This document shows positions 59,298-64,000 of a DNA stretch of 64,000 nt, in pieces (within the stretch, counting starts at the first letter, position 1; every line of letters starts with the position of its first letter). The notes beneath the pieces are model-generated. The model made no database searches, was not told the DNA's origin, and saw only the letters and a list, made by a program, of their open reading frames with translations. A program made the position numbers and the translations under genes. This DNA comes from Thermoanaerobaculia bacterium. Lineage in GTDB: Bacteria; Acidobacteriota; Thermoanaerobaculia; Multivoradales; Multivoraceae. The stretch lies in contig OY761158.1 of NCBI GenBank assembly GCA_963664405.1, forward strand, positions 4,480,001 through 4,544,000. Direction: 5' to 3'.

Positions 59298-59521
59298 AAG
59301 AAGAAAGGGGTGGGCTTTTCGACCGTCTTTAGCGTTGACGGGGGGAGCCCCAACTGGTAGCCTGCTCCGGCTATGCGCTAGGTGTCCGTGCGTTCACGGG
59401 ATGCTGCGTCTAGGAGCAGTAGTCTGGTCGCTCGCAGGACCCATTTGAGGAGGTCGGAAGGCCTCCGGTCGGTGGGCTCGGGGGGATTCGTTTCCCGAGT
59501 CACAGGAGATCTGTTAGATCA

Positions 59522-59896
59522 ATGCCTACGATTCATCAGTTGGTTCGGCATGGCCGCAAGCGTCAGGTAACGAAGACCAAGAGTCCTGCTCTGCTGGGGT
59601 CTCCTCAGAAGAGAGGCGTTTGTGTACGCGTCTACACCCAGACGCCGAAAAAGCCGAATTCCGCTCTGCGAAAGGTCGCGCGAGTCCGTCTCACTAATGG
59701 GATCGAGGTGACTACCTATATTCCAGGCGTGGGGCACAATTTGCAGGAGCACTCCATCGTCTTGATCCGCGGCGGCAGGGTCAAGGATCTCCCGGGCGTT
59801 CGCTATCACGTGGTCCGAGGCACACTCGATGCCGTCGGCGTCGAAGATCGCCGCAGAGGGCGGTCCAAGTACGGCACAAAACGCCCCAAACCTTGA
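59522..59896 (+). CDS. rpsL: Ribosomal protein S12
   Basis: [20 protein letters not shown]. Confidence 0.99.
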   Translation: MPTIHQLVRHGRKRQVTKTKSPALLGSPQKRGVCVRVYTQTPKKPNSALRKVARVRLTNGIEVTTYIPGVGHNLQEHSIVLIRGGRVKDLPGVRYHVVRGTLDAVGVEDRRRGRSKYGTKRPKP

Positions 59897-59912
59897 AAAG
59901 CAGTAGATCGAT

Positions 59913-60383
59913 ATGCCGAGACGCCGAGAAGTTCCCAAAAGAGAGATCCTGCCGGATCCACTCTACAAATCGCAGCTGGTGACGCGCTTCGTGAACGTTG
60001 TGATGCGCGATGGCAAGAAGACCGTAGCGGAGCGGATCCTCTACGATGCCCTAGGGCTGGTTCGAGAGCGCACCAATGACGATCCGATGAAGGTCTTCAA
60101 GCGGGCCGTAGACAACGTGAAGCCGGCTGTCGAAGTGAAGTCACGCCGAGTGGGTGGCTCCACGTATCAGGTTCCCGTTGAAGTCCGTCCGTCTCGCCGG
60201 CTGGCTCTGTCGATGCGCTGGATTATCCAGAACGCCAAGCGCCGGAGTGAGCGCACGATGCGAGAGAAGCTGGCGGGCGAGCTGATGGACGCGGCCGACA
60301 GCAGAGGTGCGGCGATCAAGAAGAAGGAAGATACCCACCGCATGGCAGACGCCAACAAGGCGTTCGCGCACTATCGGTGGTAG
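59913..60383 (+). CDS. rpsG: Ribosomal protein S7
   Basis: [22 protein letters not shown]. Confidence 0.99.
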   Translation: MPRRREVPKREILPDPLYKSQLVTRFVNVVMRDGKKTVAERILYDALGLVRERTNDDPMKVFKRAVDNVKPAVEVKSRRVGGSTYQVPVEVRPSRRLALSMRWIIQNAKRRSERTMREKLAGELMDAADSRGAAIKKKEDTHRMADANKAFAHYRW

Positions 60384-60466
60384 TTGCTTTCGAGATTGTT
60401 AAGTAGGTCGAGTCAACGGGTCGAGTTCATATTACAAAGCTTTGACATATCTGGGTTTAGCAGGAA

Positions 60467-62548
60467 ATGGTACGCAAGGTTCCGCTGGAGCGGATTCGCA
60501 ATATCGGCATCATGGCCCATATCGATGCCGGCAAGACGACCACTACGGAGCGGATCCTGTATTACACCGGGGTGAACTACAAAATTGGAGAAGTTCATGA
60601 GGGCACTGCCACCATGGACTGGATGGTCCAGGAGCAGGAGCGTGGCATCACGATTACCGCTGCGGCCACGACTTGCTACTGGAAAGACTATCGCGTCAAC
60701 ATCATAGACACCCCCGGGCATGTAGATTTCACCGCCGAAGTGGAGCGCTCTCTCCGCGTTCTTGACGGCGCCATTTGTGCCTTCGACGCAGTTGCCGGCG
60801 TGGAGCCGCAGTCGGAGACGGTTTGGCGCCAGGCCGACAAGTATTGCGTTCCACGAATCGCCTTTGTCAACAAGATGGATCGTGTCGGTGCCGACTTTGA
60901 CCGTTGTATTTCAATGATGCGTACACGTCTCGACGCCACGCCAGTGGCGATACAACTCCCCTGGGGAAGCGAGGGCGACCTGGTTGGCGTCCTCGACTTG
61001 GTCGAGATGAAGGGTTACGCCTACGAGAGCGATAGCCTCGGCGCCGAGTTCGAGGAGCGTGAGATCCCGCACGATCTTTTCGATCACGCTCTCGAGATGC
61101 GCGAAAAGATGGTGGAGGCGGTCTCGGAGACGGACGATCTCTTGCTCGAGAAGTATCTCTCGGGTGAAGAGGTGACCAATGCTGAGCTCAAGGCGGCCTT
61201 GCGTCGCGCCACGCTCGCGAGCTCGTTGCAGCCGGTTCTGTGCGGTAGCGCGTTTCGCAATAAGGGCGTGCAGCCGCTGATCGACGCGGTCGTGGACTAC
61301 CTGCCTTCTCCCGTCGACATCCCTGTGATGGTAGGTGTCAATCCGGACGATGGGGATCGAGTGGAGCGCGGGAGCTCCGACGAGGAGCCCTTCGCCGGTC
61401 TGGTATTCAAGATCACCACAGATCCTTTCGTCGGTCAGCTCGCCTATTTCCGGGTCTACTCCGGCAGTGTGGGTACGCGCGAGAGCGTACTGAACGCGAC
61501 CCGGGGCAAGACCGAGCGGGTAGGGCGTTTGCTCAAGATGCACGCCAACAAGAGAGAAGAGATCGAGCGGGTCTGGTCGGGCGATATTGCCGCCGCCGTG
61601 GGGCTCAAGGGTGTGACGACTGGCGACACCATCTGTGATCGCGCTCATCCTATCGTTCTCGAAGCGATCACCTTTCCGGAGCCGGTGATGTCGGTTTCGA
61701 TCGAACCGCGCTCGAAGGCGGACCAAAGCAAGCTCTCGGTCGCGCTCTCGAAGCTCATGCAAGAGGATCCGACTTTCCGAGTGACCACCGAGCCCGATAC
61801 GGGCCAGACCTTGATCTCCGGCATGGGTGAGCTGCACCTCGAGATCATTACCGACCGTTTGCGTCGCGAGTTTGAAGTGCAGGCCAACGTCGGGAGGCCT
61901 CAGGTTGCCTACCGGGAGAGCGTAACGATCGAGGCCAAGGGAGAGGGCCGTTTCGTTCGCCAAACCGGCGGCCGCGGGCAATATGGCCACTGCAAGATCC
62001 GCATCAGGCCGGCCGATCCCGAAGGGCCCGATGTGGTCTTCAATAATCAGATCGTCGGTGGTGCGATCCCGCGCGAGTTCATCGGGCCGGTAGAGCAGGG
62101 GATTCGCGAGGCGACCGAGGCCGGCCCTTTGGCTGGCTACCCGCTGACAGCCGTCGAGGTCGATCTCTATGACGGTGGTTTTCATGAGGTCGACTCTTCC
62201 GAGGTGGCCTTCAAGATCGCAGGCTCGATGGCGTTGCAGGACGCCGCGAGGCATGCCGCTCCGGTTCTTCTCGAGCCGGTCATGGCGGTGGAGACCATCA
62301 CCCCCGACGACTACCAGGGCGCGGTGGTTGGCGATATCACTTCGCGCCGGGGAAAGATCAAGAGCATGGACCCGCGAGCCGGAGCACAAGTCATCAACTC
62401 CAAGGTGCCTCTCGCCGAGATGTTCGGCTACACCACGGACTTGCGTTCGCTGACCCAGGGACGGGCCAACTACACGATGCAGTTTCTGGCCTATGAGGCG
62501 GCGCCGAAGAGCGTTAGTGAGGAGATCGTCGCGAAAGCCGCTGGCTAG
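60467..62548 (+). CDS. fusA: Elongation factor G
   Basis: [33 protein letters not shown]. Confidence 0.99.
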   Translation: MVRKVPLERIRNIGIMAHIDAGKTTTTERILYYTGVNYKIGEVHEGTATMDWMVQEQERGITITAAATTCYWKDYRVNIIDTPGHVDFTAEVERSLRVLDGAICAFDAVAGVEPQSETVWRQADKYCVPRIAFVNKMDRVGADFDRCISMMRTRLDATPVAIQLPWGSEGDLVGVLDLVEMKGYAYESDSLGAEFEEREIPHDLFDHALEMREKMVEAVSETDDLLLEKYLSGEEVTNAELKAALRRATLASSLQPVLCGSAFRNKGVQPLIDAVVDYLPSPVDIPVMVGVNPDDGDRVERGSSDEEPFAGLVFKITTDPFVGQLAYFRVYSGSVGTRESVLNATRGKTERVGRLLKMHANKREEIERVWSGDIAAAVGLKGVTTGDTICDRAHPIVLEAITFPEPVMSVSIEPRSKADQSKLSVALSKLMQEDPTFRVTTEPDTGQTLISGMGELHLEIITDRLRREFEVQANVGRPQVAYRESVTIEAKGEGRFVRQTGGRGQYGHCKIRIRPADPEGPDVVFNNQIVGGAIPREFIGPVEQGIREATEAGPLAGYPLTAVEVDLYDGGFHEVDSSEVAFKIAGSMALQDAARHAAPVLLEPVMAVETITPDDYQGAVVGDITSRRGKIKSMDPRAGAQVINSKVPLAEMFGYTTDLRSLTQGRANYTMQFLAYEAAPKSVSEEIVAKAAG

Positions 62549-62591
62549 GGCCACTTGCTAGAGGTTGTCGTTTAATCGGAGGAGAGTTGCT

Positions 62592-63785
62592 ATGGCGAAG
62601 GAGAAGTTCGAACGTACAAAGCCGCACGTGAACGTCGGGACCATAGGTCACGTAGATCACGGCAAGACCACGTTGACGGCGGCGATCACGAAGACGCTGT
62701 CTGCGAAGGGTCAGGCGGACTACGTGCCCTTCGACGAGATTGATAAGGCACCGGAGGAGCGTGAGCGGGGAATCACGATCGCGACGGCGCACGTGGAATA
62801 CGAGACCGATGCTCGCCACTACGCTCATGTGGACTGTCCGGGTCACGCTGACTACGTGAAGAACATGATCACGGGTGCGGCTCAGATGGACGGAGCGGTG
62901 TTGGTGGTATCCGCTGCCGACGGTCCGATGCCTCAGACTCGAGAGCACATCGTGCTGGCGCGTCAGGTTGGAGTTCCGTTCATGGTGGTGTACATGAACA
63001 AAGTGGACACGGTAGACGATGAGGAGCTTTTGGATCTGGTGGAGCTGGAGTTGCGCGAGCTGCTTTCTTTGTACGAGTTTCCCGGGGACGACATCCCGAT
63101 AGTTCGAGGCTCGGCGTTGCAGGCGTTGGAGTCGGATGATCCGGATTCGGCAGAGTGCGCTTCGATCTTCGAGCTGATGGATGCCGTGGACAGCTACATT
63201 CCGACGCCAGAGCGTTTGGTGGACCAGGACTTCCTGATGCCGATCGAGGACATCTTCACGATTTCGGGTCGCGGCACGGTGGTGACGGGCCGTGTGGATC
63301 GCGGAGTGGTGACGGTGGGCGACGAGATCGAGATCATCGGGATCCGTGAGACCCAGAAGACGGTGGTCACGGGTGTAGAGATGTTCCGCAAGCTCTTGGA
63401 CCGTGGTGAGGCTGGGGATAACATCGGCGTTCTTCTTCGGGGCACGAAGAAGGACGAAGTGGAGCGGGGTCAGGTGCTGGCGAAGCCGGGCTCGATCACG
63501 CCGCATACGAAGTTCAAGGGCGAGGTGTACGTGTTGTCACGGGAAGAGGGCGGTCGTCATACGCCGTTCTTCACCGGCTACCGTCCTCAGTTCTACTTTC
63601 GGACCACGGATGTGACCGGGATCGCGGAGCTGCCGGCGGGCACCGAGATGGTGATGCCTGGCGACAATGTGAACTTGGAGGTTGACTTGATTGCGCCGAT
63701 TGCGATGGAGAAGGGCGTTCGCTTCGCCATCCGAGAAGGCGGACGCACCGTCGGTGCTGGAACTGTTACGGAGATCGTCGAGTAG
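62592..63785 (+). CDS. tuf: Elongation factor Tu (second copy)
   Basis: Nearly identical to 46426..47619. Confidence 0.99.
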   Translation: MAKEKFERTKPHVNVGTIGHVDHGKTTLTAAITKTLSAKGQADYVPFDEIDKAPEERERGITIATAHVEYETDARHYAHVDCPGHADYVKNMITGAAQMDGAVLVVSAADGPMPQTREHIVLARQVGVPFMVVYMNKVDTVDDEELLDLVELELRELLSLYEFPGDDIPIVRGSALQALESDDPDSAECASIFELMDAVDSYIPTPERLVDQDFLMPIEDIFTISGRGTVVTGRVDRGVVTVGDEIEIIGIRETQKTVVTGVEMFRKLLDRGEAGDNIGVLLRGTKKDEVERGQVLAKPGSITPHTKFKGEVYVLSREEGGRHTPFFTGYRPQFYFRTTDVTGIAELPAGTEMVMPGDNVNLEVDLIAPIAMEKGVRFAIREGGRTVGAGTVTEIVE

Positions 63786-63789
63786 ACCT

Positions 63790-64000
63790 ATGGACAATGA
63801 AAAAATTCGCATTCGCCTACGGGCGTTCGACTACCGCATCCTCGACACGTCTACGCACGAGATCGTGGACACTGCTCGGCGTACGGGAGCGCGGGTCGTG
63901 GGGCCGGTGCCGCTGCCGACTCATATCGAGCGCTTTACGGTAAACCGGTCTCCGCATGTCGACAAGAAGTCACGAGAGCAGTTCGAGATTCGCACCCACA
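63790..64000 (+). CDS. rpsJ: Ribosomal protein S10 (runs off the window)
   Basis: [31 protein letters not shown]. Confidence 0.98.
   Translation, partial: MDNEKIRIRLRAFDYRILDTSTHEIVDTARRTGARVVGPVPLPTHIERFTVNRSPHVDKKSREQFEIRTH

Overview
High-GC bacterial window, most likely Acidobacteriota (Thermoanaerobaculia-like). This is inferred from the Cys-rich RpoB insertion and the envelope protein families. It has three parts. (1) 1-34084 is a mosaic accessory region ending at a tRNA-Gly(TCC) 3' half (att site). It holds a type I R-M locus with an embedded HicB-like/HEPN pair, TA modules, a phage-satellite-like replication module (AlpA, NrS-1-like primase-helicase, iterons), a decayed TonB receptor, an S-layer-like/FG-GAP/TPR envelope block and many IS pieces (IS1380, IS3, IS30, ISKra4, ISAzo13, IS21). 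A 141-bp att-like end occurs twice: once fused to the tRNA anticodon arm, once to a look-alike hairpin with a different 7-nt core. (2) 34085-46272 carries RelBE, an SDR, ogt/alkA, a CoA-transferase, a UxxC selenoprotein missed by the ORF track, and paaX with boxC-boxB but no boxA. (3) 46273-64000 is the core cluster tRNA-Thr, tuf, tRNA-Trp, secE, nusG, rplKAJL, rpoBC, rpsL, rpsG, fusA, tuf, rpsJ. All calls come from reading motifs by eye; no searches were run.
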